This document shows positions 53,151 to 64,000 of a DNA stretch of 64,000 nt, one piece after another. The translations under genes were made by a program, and so were the position numbers. Location: assembly GCA_009914755.4 (NCBI GenBank), contig CP068257.2:37472001-37536000 (forward strand), in the 5' to 3' direction. Under the pieces are notes generated by a model, which was not told the DNA's origin, did not search any database, and saw only the letters and a program-made list of their open reading frames with translations. Position 1 is the stretch's first letter. Each line of letters opens with the position of its first letter. Source of the stretch: the human T2T-CHM13v2.0 reference genome, Homo sapiens.

Positions 53151-53460
53151 GGAGCCAAGCCACCAAGTTAGGGGTGGTTTAACGAACAGCAAAATAACCA
53201 TAAAAACCTCCTGCACAATCTTCTATGTTTGCCCCTTCCCCATCTGCAGAGAAAAAACTCTGAAGATCTGGGGGAGGGAAGAGCTAAAACATGAAAAAAG
53301 CCTAGTCCCTGCGTGACTGTGTGGAGCAGGGTGTCCCTTTTTCTCCCCCACCACCCCCCAAATCACGCAGAAATACAACATGAGCAAGGAATAACTTGGA
53401 TTGTGTCGAGGCCCTGAAATTTGAGGATACTTTGTTATAGCAGTCGGTCTAGTTGCTTAA
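53148..53460 (+). repeat. Copy 1 of a ~310-bp segment that recurs at 57350-57655 (about 94% identity, same orientation), starting within the terminal aagccacc phrase of a MaLR-type LTR
   Basis: aagccaccaagttaggggtggtttaacgaacagcaaaataaccataaaaacctcctgcacaatcttctatgtttgccccttccccatctgcagagaaaaaactctgaagatctgggggagggaagagctaaaacatgaaaaaagcctagtccctgcgtgactgtgtggagcagggtgtccctttttctccccc...caggaataacttggattgtgtcgaggccctgaaatttgaggatactttgttatagcagtcggtctagttgcttaa. Confidence 0.6.
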
Positions 53461-54836
53461 ACACGAGTGTTAAACACATCTAAAATGCCTAGAGCTTGGC
53501 CCATAGTAGGAACTCGATTAAAGTAGAGCTTTGCCCGACTTGCTGATGACAAAGTGAGCAGACAACCAACCAGCATTTCTGAGAGTGAGAACATCTCTCA
53601 CAGAATCTTTCCAAGCCTAGGCCACTCCCCTCTCAACCTGTTCTACACGCCTGAAGTGATTTCTGCCAGCCCTGCCTGCTGTCTGTCCCAAAAGGAATAG
53701 AACTTTCTGAAATCCTGGAAATGTTCTGTATCTTCACTGTCCAATAGCCTTGTGAGGCTACTAAGCACTTGTACTATAAATATGGCAAGAACCTGGAGGA
53801 ACTAACATTTTATTTTAATTCTAAGTAATTTGAGTATAAGTGCCACATATGACCAGCGGCTACTGTACCGCACAGCTCAGTCTTAGAGACCACATGGTTC
53901 ATTACAAGCATCAGACTCATCCCAAGCAAGGACAGCCCAACGTTAATTAAACTAAGCAGATCAAGAGCTGCCAGATCACATGGGTAGTATCCAGAACGAC
54001 CTCCATATAAGATGCCAACACCTAGCCGGGATTATGGAGTTAAGACAAATATTTGTTTTTACACTTTTATAAAGCAAACAGCCCTGATTGGACATCAACC
54101 CAAGTTACAGCTGAGCCCTTCTCTATTTATTAGGTAATTGTGTCTAAACTATGTTTTTGTTTCTCTCTTCATTGTTCCATATGTCACATGCCCACCCACA
54201 ATACACACACAAACACACTCCCATGAGTCAAACCCTACACGCTCAGTGCTTTGATGTTTCAGCCTCTGCCATCTGCTCTGCAGCTGGCTATCATGAGGGC
54301 TGCAGCTTGGAGCTGCTGGAAAATAGAAACTTGCTCACTGATGAAGAGATTGGGGACGGTCTGAGAGCACGGCATCCTTCATCAGAGCCATGGCCTGTGT
54401 GGCCTTCCTGGGCTGGCTCAGGGCAGGATCTGCTTCTCAGGGACTAGAGCAATGGCAAGATTTTACTTTCTTTAAAAACAACTGGTTACCAGCTATGAAG
54501 CAGAAGGCTCTTCTCTTTGCATTTAGCAAAGAGTCATTGATGCTTTCAGCTTGTCTTGTGTGCTAAGCATGTATAGAAACTGTTGCAGGCAGTGGCATAG
54601 TCACTGTTCCAGGTAGTGATGTCTTGAGGACGAGCAGCACAGACTGGGTGTCCACTTTCGTGAACCTTTGTCCTGGGGTAAGGGGCGGGACTGACAACAA
54701 ACAAGCAAACAAATAATGAATTCAAGGCAGCGATTACAATGAAAATAAAGTTGGCCAGTGTGACAGAGAATGACTGGGTCAGGTGGGAAGATCAAGGTGC
54801 TGGAAGGACTGGTGTCCTCTGTGGCCTCTGTCCTTA

Positions 54837-55783
54837 TGATATGGTTTGGATTCGCGTCCCTGCCCAAATCTCATGTTGAATTGGAGGAGGGACCTGGTGG
54901 GAGGTGATTGGATCATGGAGACAGATTTCCCCCTTGCTGGTCTCATAATAGTGAGTGAGTTCTCACAATATCTGATCATTTAAAAGTGTGTGGCACCTCC
55001 CCATTCTCTCTCTCTCTCTGTCCTGCTCTGCCATGGTAAGACGTGCTTGCTTCCCCTTCACCCTCCACCTTGATTCTAAGTTTCCTGAGGCCTCCCAGTC
55101 ACGCTTCCTGTACAGCCTGTGGAACTGTGAGTCAATTAAACCTCTTTTCTTCATAAATTACCCAGTCTCAGCTAGTTCTTTATAGCAGCGTGAGAACAGA
55201 CTAATATAAAAAAATTGGTACCAGGAGAGTGGGGTACTGCTATATAAAGATACCTGAAAATGTGGAAACAACTTTGGAACTGAGTAATAGGCAGAGGTCG
55301 GAACAGTTTTGAGGGCTCAGAAGAAGGCAGGAAGATGTGGGAAAGTCTAGAACTTCCTAGAGACTTGTTGAGTGGTTTTGACCAAAATGCTGATACTGAT
55401 ATTGACATGGTTTGGCTCTGTGTCCCCACCCAAATCTCATCTCCAATTGTAGTCCCCACATGTTGAGGTGGGGGGCCCTGGTGGGAGATAACTGGATCAT
55501 GGGGGCAGATTTGCCCCTTGCTGGTCTCATGATAGTGAGTGTGTTCTCATGAGATCTGATTATTTAAAAGTGTGTGGCACCTCCCCATTCTCTCTCTCTC
55601 CTGCTCCACCATGGTAAGACGTGCTTGCTTCCCCTTCACCTTCTGCCACGATTCTATGTTTGAGGCCTCCCAGTCATGCTTCCTGTACAGCCTGTGGAAT
55701 TGTGAGTCAACTAAACCTCTTTTCTTCATAAATTACCCAGTCTCAGCTAATTCTTTAGAGCAGTGTGAGAATGGACTCATACC
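54837..55783 (+). mobile_element. MaLR (MST/THE1-group) retroelement with both LTRs and a heavily deleted internal region: LTR 54837-55207, internal remnant 55208-55398, LTR 55399-55783. Possible 5-bp TSD CCTTA/CCTTG
   Basis: Both LTRs begin tgat(a/t)tgg/acatggtttgg.tc..gtcccc.cccaaatctcat and end ...aattacccagtctcagcta(g/a)ttcttta(t/g)agcag(c/t)gtgagaa(c/t)(a/g)gact(a/c)ata. They contain ccatggtaagacgtgcttgcttccccttcacc and cctgtggaa(c/t)tgtgagtcaa(t/c)taaacctcttttcttcataaattacccagtctcag, the MST-type LTR consensus phrases. The sequence between them, ttggtaccaggagagtggggtactgctatataaagatacctgaaaatgtggaaacaactttggaactgagtaataggcagaggtcggaacagttttgagggctcagaagaaggcaggaagatgtgggaaagtctagaacttcctagagacttgttgagtggttttgaccaaaatgctgatactgat, matches the start of the MaLR internal region. 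The flanks are tcctta|LTR and LTR|ccttgg. Confidence 0.8.
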
Positions 55784-56829
55784 TTGGCTGGCAGATGGCC
55801 ATGCCCTTGCTGTTTCCATGATTATCCCTTTGTGTCTCTTCCTCTTCTTACAAGGAACGCCACTCATATTGGGTGAGGGCCTACCCCAATGGCCTCATTT
55901 GAACTTAATCACCCTTTTATAGACTATCTCCAAATATTGTTACAGTTTGAGCTACTAGGGGTCAAAACTTCAACATTATGATTTTTTTGTGGGGGTAGGG
56001 GGCACAATTCAGCCTGTAACAGGTTTTTAGATAGTATGTATTTTTAGATAGTAGGGAAGAGGAGAAGAAGATCAGTTTGCTGTGGACCTAAGAATAGAAG
56101 ACGTCAGGCCGGCTTCTGATCCTAACCTCCTGGGGGTAACTTAAGAACAGATCTGTAAAAGCAGTAAGCCTTGCTTCTGGTTTGTCAGCCCAGCCCCTGA
56201 AGGCAATTTGCTTCCTCATCCCGGTTTTTTACCCGGAGTGGTAAGTCATGCAGACGCAACACGGTTCTTCCTCACCATCAGGGAAAACACACCAAGGGCC
56301 TAAAGAAACAGGAGTAGCCCTAAGCAGTGCTTCCCTTTGGTTAGATTTCTTTATAAAATGTTTGCATTTTAGTGGCCAGCACCAAAAGTTTAAGAAATGG
56401 AACTTCCAGATGCACCAGAGAAAGACCAGGAATGTGGCTATAAGGTTCAGATAAGCATGTGAGATAGCACTCAGAGAGCTGCTCTTTGTGAATGCAGGGT
56501 CATCAAGATGCTGAGAACCAGGTGCTGTCAGCAGATACCACACATAAGGCCCAAAGGGTCTCCTCAAGCACCTAGAACAGCAGCCCAGAGGAAATGCACT
56601 GGTGAAGATTCCCCCAATCAGGAGAAAGGAGAGAGTCAGACACACTGTTTCCATCATTTGGGGAGATGTTATATTCAATTTGCTAGACAGAGAGGACAAT
56701 AAACAATCAGATAGAGCTGGGGACTCTAAAATCCTAGGTAGAGTCTAATATCTCCACTGTTGGATGTGGCAAGAAACAACAACAAAAAAAAAACTGTTTA
56801 GAAGTACCAGTGGGGTAGAAACTGTCAAA

Positions 56830-57385
56830 TCCCTCAGCTCCACTGCCTTTGCCTCCTGGGCATAGAACAAGCCTGCGTTTCCCATCCTCCTCTGCACTGG
56901 GGCAGCACGTGTCTATGTCCAGCCAATGGAATGAGGGAGGAAGTGAGGTACAGTGCTGCCCAGCTTGGGACATCGGCAGATTGTTTGCAAAATGGCTTCC
57001 ATAATTCCTCTTCCTGTTTCCTCCCACACAGGTCCTGGTTTAACCATGTGATTTGTTTTGGCCAATGGGATAACAGTAACTGTGTTAGAAGCAGAAATTG
57101 AAAAAATTTTCCAATTTTTTTCTTTGGGCTTGCCCTCTTTTGTGGCTGGAATTCTTCTCCTCCATGTGAACAAGTGGAGGCTGGCATTCTGGAACAGGAA
57201 GCACAGGGACAGAAGCCCAGCCATCCCTGCTGAAGCCCTGGATAAGTGAGCAGATTCATTCTAGACCAGCCAGCCTCAGCTCAGCCAGCCTGACCACAGC
57301 AATCACCCAGGAAGTCCACAAAATTGTGAGAAACATTATGTATTTATTGTTTTAAGCCACCAAGTTAGGGGTAGTTTAATGAACA
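56830..57385 (+). repeat. LTR-like repeat (MaLR/MLT-type) ending in ...gtgagaaacattatgtatttattgttttaagccacc, directly upstream of copy 2 of the 310-bp segment
   Basis: ccaatggaatgagggaggaagtgaggtacagtgctgcccagcttgggacat ... ctggaacaggaagcacagggacagaagcccagccatccctgctgaagccctggataagtgagcagattcattctagaccagccagcctcagctcagccagcctgaccacagcaatcacccaggaagtccacaaaattgtgagaaacattatgtatttattgttttaagccacc resembles the LTR 3' portions (ccagcctccagaactgtgagaaaataaatttctgttgtttaagccaccc). Confidence 0.4.
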
Positions 57386-57655
57386 GCAAAATAGCCATAA
57401 AAAACTCCTGCACAATCTTCTATGTTTGCTCCTTCCCCATCTGCAGAGAAAAAACTCTGAAGATCTGGGGGAGGGAAGAGCTAAAATATGAAAAAAGCCT
57501 AGTCCCTGAGTGACTGTGTGGAGCAGAGTGTCCCTTTTTCTCCCCCACGCCCCCAACTCACACAGAAATATAACATGAGCAAGGAATAACTTGGATTGTG
57601 TCAAGGCCCTGAAATTTGAGGATACTCTGTTATAGCAGTCAGTCTACTTGGTTAA
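57350..57655 (+). repeat. Copy 2 of the ~310-bp segment (see 53148-53460)
   Basis: aagccaccaagttaggggtagtttaatgaacagcaaaatagccataaaaaactcctgcacaatcttctatgtttgctccttccccatctgcagagaaaaaactctgaagatctgggggagggaagagctaaaatatgaaaaaagcctagtccctgagtgactgtgtggagcagagtgtccctttttctccccc...caggaataacttggattgtgtcaaggccctgaaatttgaggatactctgttatagcagtcagtctacttggttaa. Confidence 0.6.
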
Positions 57656-59429
57656 TGTACTACCCACTTCCTAGAAACTGAAATCTGCCAACACACTTGT
57701 GGAATGGTCCATATTCCCAGACTACCGCCACTGGTAGCTAAGAAGAATCCTCATCCTCAAGACTTGACTCTGTGCAGCCTCTGTGTAACTCTCATTCACT
57801 TTTCCATACATTCATTCAATAAATACTAATTGCTAAGAAATGCCAATCACCTGGTGCCAGCAGCCAAGACAAGAGTGGTCCCTGTCCTTAAGGCACTTGT
57901 AGTCTAGTAGCAGGCTAAGGAGGGGAGGACAGTCACTAAACAAATAATCCCACTGCAGGCTCCAGGAGGAGAAGGAAGCCATATCTATTTTGCATACAAT
58001 TGCATCTGCAGCCCTCTGCTCAATGTAAGGCACAAAATAAGGGTTTAATAAGTTGTTGCTGAATTCATAAGCACAAGTCAATATTTAATTACAAATGTTG
58101 ATACGAACTGTGAAGGAAAGTTTAAGGAGCCAGGAAAGACTATAAAAGGGGGGATCAGAAAAGTTATCTCTGAGGAAGTAACACTTAAGCCAAGAGCTGA
58201 AGGAGGGAGAAGGAAAGGAGGGCAGTAGGGAGCCAATGAATAAATAGTAGAGTGAGAGACGCTTTGAGGCAAGGGAAATAGCTTAGGCAAAGGCCCTGAA
58301 ATATAAAGAGCCTGCTGCTGAGTTAGAGCAACAGAAGACCAGCATGGCCAGACCATGGTGAGTGAAAGAAGTGGGATAAGATGGCGAGAGCAGTAGATAG
58401 GATCTGTTACATAGATCCCTGTAGGCCAGGTTAGATTTATGTTTTAACAGCTTTGTTGAGGTATAGTCTACATGCTAAAAAAAAAAAGCTTATCCACTTT
58501 AAGTGTACAGTTCAATGAGTTTTGATAAATGTATACTGTCATGCAACCACCAACACAATCAAGTTTTAGAACTTGAATTACCCTCAAAGTTTCCTTTATG
58601 CTCTTTTGCATTCAGTCCAGATCCCTACCTGACCCCAGGCAAACAAAGGTCTGCTTTCTGCCTAATTCAGCCTTTTCTAGAATTTAATAAAATAGATTGA
58701 TACAGCATGTAGTTTTTATGCCTGGCTCTTTTACTCAGCAAAATAACTGTTTAGATTCATCCATATTGTTGTGCGTATCAGCACTTTTTCCCCTTCTATT
58801 GCTGAGTAGTATTCCATCATATGGACATGTGACATTTAGTTTGTTCATGCACCAGTTAATGGACATTTGGATTGTTTCTGCTTTTTGGAATGCTACTATA
58901 TGCATTTATGTACAAGTCTTTTTATGAATATATGTTTTTATTTCTCTTGGATAGATACCTAGAAGTGGAACTGCTGGGTCATATGATAAGTCTAACTATG
59001 TAAGAAACTACAAAACTGTTTTTCTGACAATTTTGCATTCCTAGCAGCAATGTTTGAGGGTTCCAGTTGTCCCACATTCTTGTCACAACTTGATATTTTA
59101 ATTCATTTTAATTGTTGCTACTCTACTAGGTCTGTAGTAGTTTCTCATTTGTGGTCATAATTTGCATTTTCTAAAGACCAATGGTATTGAGCTTTTCTTT
59201 TCATGTGTTTACTGGACATTCCCATATCTTGTTTTGTGACATGCCTCTTCAAATCATTTCTCCATTTCTATTGGGTTATTTTTCTTATTGAGTTATAAAA
59301 AGCTTACCTTTTTATTGTTTGCTTTTGAAGTCTAATGTATCCATTGTTTTCCTTTAGAATTCACGTTTTAATTACTATTGTCAGTTTTTGAAGAACCATG
59401 CAAGGTGATTACAGTGGTTTTTTTGTTGC

Positions 59430-59835
59430 TTTATTTTACATTATTTTTTATTTTTATTTTTGGTCCAGGGAGTACATGTGCAGGTTTGTTACATAGATAC
59501 ATTGCATGCTGCTGAGGTTTGGTCTTCTAATGATACCACTGCCCAAGCAGTGAACAAAGCATCCAATAGGTAGTTTTTCAAACTCTTCCCCTCTCCCTCC
59601 CTCTCCTCTTTTGGAATCCCCAGTGTTTATTTTTCCCATCTTTGTGTCTGTGTGTACCCAATATTTGGCTCCCACTAATAAGTGAGAACATACAGTATCT
59701 GTTTTTCTGTTTCTGCATGAACTCACTTAAGATAATGGCCTCTACCTGCATCCATGTTGCTGCAATGGACGTTATTTTGTTCTTTTTTATGGCTACATGC
59801 TTTTTATATCTTATCCAAAAAAACTCATCTTATCC
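59430..59835 (-). mobile_element. Nested 5'-truncated primate L1 (L1PA/L1PB-like) 3'-end fragment, antisense
   Basis: ttttatttttatttttggtccagggagtacatgtgcaggtttgttacatagatacattgcatgctg...cccaatatttggctcccactaataagtgagaacatacagtatctgtttttctgtttctgcatgaactcacttaagataatggcctctacctgcatccatgttgctgcaatggacgttattttgttcttttttatggctacatg is the reverse complement of the primate L1 3' end (..catgtagccataaaaaaggatgagttcatgtcctttgtagggacatggatgaag...ctcactcataggtgggaattgaacaatgagaacac...aacctgcacgttgtgcacatgtaccctagaacttaaagtataataaaaaa). Confidence 0.6.
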
Positions 59836-59872
59836 CCCAAATCATAGATTTTATCCTATGTTTTCTTCTTAA

Positions 59873-60224
<352 letters not shown>

Positions 60225-61482
60225 AATTTGTTTAGTTTCATAATCCATTTTGAATGTATTCTTGTGCCTAGTGTGAGATATGGGTAAAGGCTTATTTTTC
60301 CCATGTGAATATTTTATTATTCCAGCACCATTTATTGAAAAGATTATCCTTTTTCCTGTTGAATTACCTTGGCACCTTTGTCAAAAATCAACTGACCATA
60401 TATGTATCTAGTTTTAGATGTTCTATTCTGTTCCTTTCATCTATGTTTACCCTTATGACAATCCCATGCTTTCTTATTTACAATAGGTTTAGAGTAAACC
60501 TTTAAAATCATATAATTTAAGTCCTCTGACTTTTTCTTTTTGCAATTGTTTTAGCTATTCTTTGCTTCTCCGTATAAATTTTAGAACCAGCTTATAATTT
60601 CTAAAGAAATTCTTGCTGGGATTTTCATTGGGATTGTATTGAATCTACAGACAAATTTGAGGATGACTGCCATCTTAATAATATTGAGTATTCTAGTTCA
60701 TAAATATGATATATCCCCCATTTTATTTAGATCTTTTAAAATTTCTTTCATCAATGTGTTTTAGATTTCAGAACATAGATCTTGAACTTCTTTTTGTTAA
60801 ATTTATTCCTCAGTTTTTTTGTTTGAATGCTATTGCAAATGGAATTGTTTTATTGTATTTTAGGAGTGTTTACTATCAATATATAGAAATACAATTAATT
60901 TGTGTATATTGAGCTTGTATCCTATAACCTGGCTAAATTCACTCATTAGTCCTGGTAGCTGTTTGGTAGATACATTAGGAATTTCTACATAGATAATCAT
61001 GTTATCCACTAATAAGACAATTTTACTTCTTTCCAATCTGTATGTCCTTTATTTCTCTCTTTCTTTATTGCACTTGCTAGGATATCCAGTACAATATGCA
61101 TAGACATGGCAACAGTGGACATCTTTGTCTTGTTACTCATCTTAGGGAGAAAGCAATCAGCCTTTCACCTTTAAGTTTTGTGTTACCCATAGCTTTTTGG
61201 TGGATGCTTTTTATTATCTACAAATCCTCTACTATGAGGGACTTATCTTCTATTGGTTGTTTGCTGAGAGTTTTTGTCATAAATAGATGTTGAATTTTAT
61301 CAAATACATTCTCGGCATCTATTAAGATGATCGCATGTTTTATCTCCTTTATTGTATTAATACGGTGTATTGCATGAATTTTATTTCTGGGATATACCCC
61401 ACTTGGTGACTGTATATTATACTTTTTATGTGTTGCTAGATTCAAGTTGCTAATACTTTGTTAAGAATTTTTATATCATATT

Positions 61483-61825
61483 TGTCTTAGTCTGTTCAGC
61501 TGCTATAACAAAATACCTTAGACTGGGGAATTTATAAACAACAGAAATTTATTGCTCACAGTTCTGGAGGCTGGAAAGTTCAAGATTAAGGCACCAGCAG
61601 ATGTGCCTTGCAATGTTTGGAGAGGAGCCATTCCTCATAGATGGCGCCTTCTGTGTTCTCATATGGCAGAAGGGCAAAAGACTCCCTCCTCAAGCCTGTT
61701 TGATAAGGACGTTAATCTCATGACCTAGTCACCTCCCAAAGGCCCTATCTCTTCATACCAATACATTGGGGATTAGATTTCAACACAAACTTTGGACAGA
61801 CAAGAACATTCAGACTATAGCAGTG
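61483..61825 (-). repeat. MaLR LTR (MLT1-type), antisense, abutting the 5'-truncation point of the L1
   Basis: tgtcttagtctgttcagctgctataacaaaataccttagactggggaatttataaacaacagaaatttattgctcacagttctggaggctggaaagttcaagattaaggcaccagcagatgtgccttgcaatgtttggagaggagccattcctcatagatggcgccttctgtgttctcatatggcagaagggcaaaagactccctcctcaagcctgtttgataaggacgttaatctcatgacctagtcacctcccaaaggccctatctcttcataccaatacattggggattagatttcaacac. Confidence 0.65.
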
Positions 61826-62119
61826 TTCAAGAGGGACAATGAGTTGTAGTTTTCTTTTATTGTGATGCCCTTGTCTGACTTTGTTATCAAGATAATACTA
61901 ACAAAAAATGAGTTGGGAATTTTTCCTTCCCCCTGTTTTTTGAGAGACTCTGGGTGAGATTAGCATTGGTTGTTCCTTACATGTTTGATATGCTTGACAG
62001 GACTCACCCATAAAGCCATCTGAACCTGAACTTTTCTTTGTGGGAAGGTTTTTAAATATGAATTCAATTTTTTTTTAATTATAGGGCTATTCATATTTCT
62101 ATTTCTTCATGAATTCTAT

Positions 62120-62408
62120 TTTTTTTTTTTTTGAGACAGTCTCGCTCTGTTGCCCAGGCTGGAGTACAGTGGTGCGATCTCGGCTCACTGCAACCTCCGC
62201 TTCCCAGGTTCAAGCAATTCTCTGCCTCAGCCTCCCGTATATCTGGGATTACAGGCGCCCACCACCACACCTGGCTAATTTTTGTATTTTTAGTAGAGAC
62301 AGGATTTCACCATGTAGGCCAGGCTGGTCTTGAACTCTTGACCTCATGATCCACCCACCTGAGGCTCCCAAAGTGCTGGGATTACAGGCGTGAGCCACTG
62401 CACCCGAC
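62120..62408 (-). mobile_element. Alu element, minus orientation, with ~14-bp TSD ATGAATTCTATTTT
   Basis: tttttttttttttgagacagtctcgctctgttgcccaggctggagtacagtggtgcgatctcggctcactgcaacctccgcttcccaggttcaagcaattctctgcctcagcctcccgtatatctgggattacaggcgcccaccaccacacctggctaatttttgtatttttagtagagacaggatttcaccatgtaggccaggctggtcttgaactcttgacctcatgatccacccacctgaggctcccaaagtgctgggattacaggcgtgagccactgcacccgac. atgaattctatttt flanks it at 62108-62121 and 62410-62423. Confidence 0.95.
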
Positions 62409-62429
62409 TATGAATTCTATTTTCTACTT

Positions 62430-62760
62430 GTTGTTTGCCTTGTTAGGTTTTGGATTTACTTAGGACTTTGTTATCCCTTTCTTCCTTACTGTGTCTCCCT
62501 TTTGGAATGAGAATGTCTGTCCTATGCCTGCCCTGCCATTGTATTTGGGAACACATAACTTGTTTAATTTCATAGGCTCATATGTGCTTCAGGATGAATC
62601 ATAGTTTGAGTCTCACTCATATCTGCTTTAGATGATATTTAGATGAGACTTTGGACTTTGGACTTTAGACTTTTGAGTTAAGGCTGGAATTATTTAAGAC
62701 TTTTGGGGTTACAGGGATGGAATGAATGCATTTTTCCTGTGACAAACAAATGAATTTTGA
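62430..62760 (+). repeat. Fragment of the MaLR (THE1/MST-type) internal region
   Basis: ...tatccctttcttccttactgtgtctcccttttggaatgagaatgtctgtcctatgcctgccctgccattgtatttgggaa...ttcataggctcatatgtgc...agatgagactttggactttggactttagacttttgagttaaggctggaattatttaagacttttggggttacagggatggaatgaatgc, compared with the consensus ..cccctttgttttggccaatttctcccatttggaacgg..tgcctgtacccccattgtatctaggaa..acaggctcataggcgg..agatgagactttggactgtggacttttgagttaatgctgaaatgagttaagactttgggggactgttgggaaggcatgattgg. Confidence 0.5.
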
Positions 62761-62799
62761 GAGGCCTGGAGCTAGTATAGACCCTTTTAGGGCTCTGTT

Positions 62800-63620
62800 A
62801 CACAAGACTGTCCCATTTCAGATGTCAGTCACAAGTCTGAGCGGCCCAAACTTCTGACCAACCAGCTATCAATCAGGGGTTCCCACAACCCCTTCCTTGG
62901 CTTACATAATTTGCTAAAACTGTTCACAAAGCTCACAAAAAGGAAACATTTGCCTATGTTTACCAGTTTATTATAAAAGGTACAAGTCAGGAACAACCAG
63001 ATGGAAGAGATGCCGAAGGCAAAGTGTGGGGGAGCGGCACAGAGCTCCCGTGCCCTCTATGGGTGCACCACGCTCCCAGCACCTCCATGTGTTCACCAAC
63101 TGAGAAGCTCTCCAAATCCCGTCTGTTTAGTATTTTTATGGAAGCTTCATCACACAGGCATGAACAATTAACTCAATCTCCAGCCACTCTCTCCTCCCCA
63201 AAGGACGGGGATTGAAGCTAAAAGTTCAAAGCTTCTCATCATGGCTTGGTCTTTCTGGTGACCACTCCCAATCCTAAAGCTATCCAGGAGCCCACCAAGA
63301 GTCACCTCATTAGAACAAAAGAGGCTTCTATCACCCAGGCAAATCGAAGGGACTTATGAGCTCTGTGTCAGGAACTGGGGTCAAAGACAAAATGGTAGGA
63401 CAGAAGATGCTCCTAGCACCCTTACTATTCAGGAAATCATAAAGGTTTTAGGAGGTCTGTGTCAGGAGCCCAGGGATGAAGACCAAATATATATTTCTTA
63501 TTATATCCAAAATCACAGAATACCTCCAGGCAGGAAGCCCACAGATCACCATTCTTAGCAAATGCTGTAGCAGTTTCATGAGTAAACTCTTCTCAAATGT
63601 TGCCTTGTCTTTCATCATTT
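62800..63620 (+). repeat. Probable ERV/LTR-derived interspersed repeat (unclassified; family not recalled)
   Basis: The stretch tgtttaccagtttattataaaaggtacaagtcaggaacaaccagatggaagagatgccgaaggcaaagtgtgggggagcggcacagagctcccgtgccctctatgggtgcaccacgctcccagcacctccatgtgttcaccaactgagaagctctccaaatcccgtct...catggcttggtctttctggtgaccactcccaatcctaaagctatccaggagcccaccaagagtcacctcattagaacaaaagaggc closely resembles a repeat consensus I recognise from human DNA but cannot name. Confidence 0.3.
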
Positions 63621-64000
63621 TCTAATGGCCTGAAATGACTGTCTTTAATCATTTTGTCCATTTTTTTTACTTACTTTCTGCCAAGGGAAATCCCTTGACT
63701 TCCTCATACAACCAATACCAGAAGTAGATCCCCCAGGTTTTACTCCATCTAGACCAGGAAGCCACTAAAAGGAGTCAAGCTGCAAAGTACCAGGAATCAG
63801 CTTTCTATTCCTATGTGCTCACTGTGCCTACTGTGGGAGCGTCAGTTGGTAGGAGAGAGTTCCAGTTAGAGGCTTTCAGCGGTAGGTCCCAGGAAGCAAT
63901 GAAAGAGATACGTTGTCAAGTAACTGAAAAGTCCTGTGCAGCTTGGGCGAGATATTCATGACATCCTTCAGAACAGCAGCTCTGAGGTGCCACTGGATCT

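Overview
This window is not prokaryotic. It reads as primate, almost certainly human, nuclear DNA, with very dense interspersed repeats. I count at least 14 Alu elements (eight with identifiable target-site duplications, one near-consensus AluY), three L1 segments, several MaLR/ERVL LTRs including one complete LTR-internal-LTR MST/THE1-type element, MIR fragments, and two families of DNA transposon. One is a MER75-like piggyBac element that keeps a PGBD4-like transposase N-terminus. The other is a hAT family present in two copies, one of which keeps a hAT C-terminal dimerisation-domain remnant and perfect 8-bp TSDs. There are also many microsatellites and minisatellites: (CA)n, (GT)n, (TA)n, a 24-bp-unit minisatellite, a ~440-bp GGAA/GAAA polypurine tract and CA-rich complex tandem arrays. 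The only feature with clear protein homology outside transposons is an L1-mediated processed pseudogene of ribosomal protein L23a (RPL23A). It has a complete 156-codon reading frame, a lost ATG, a poly(A) tail and a 12-bp TSD. I cannot support any bona fide cellular protein-coding exon, RNA gene, CRISPR array or operon-like system. Almost all ORFs in the supplied six-frame track are translations of Alu, L1, simple repeats or GC-rich unique DNA. The most interesting material is the nested transposon architecture with coding remnants at 880-2580 and 12447-13336, the RPL23A retrocopy, and a few structural oddities (paired 310-bp homologous segments around the MST element, an 81-bp tandem duplication, a 5'-retained but 3'-truncated L1). 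All coordinates are from manual reading and may be off by a few bases. Family names beyond superfamily level are from memory of consensus sequences and are unverified.
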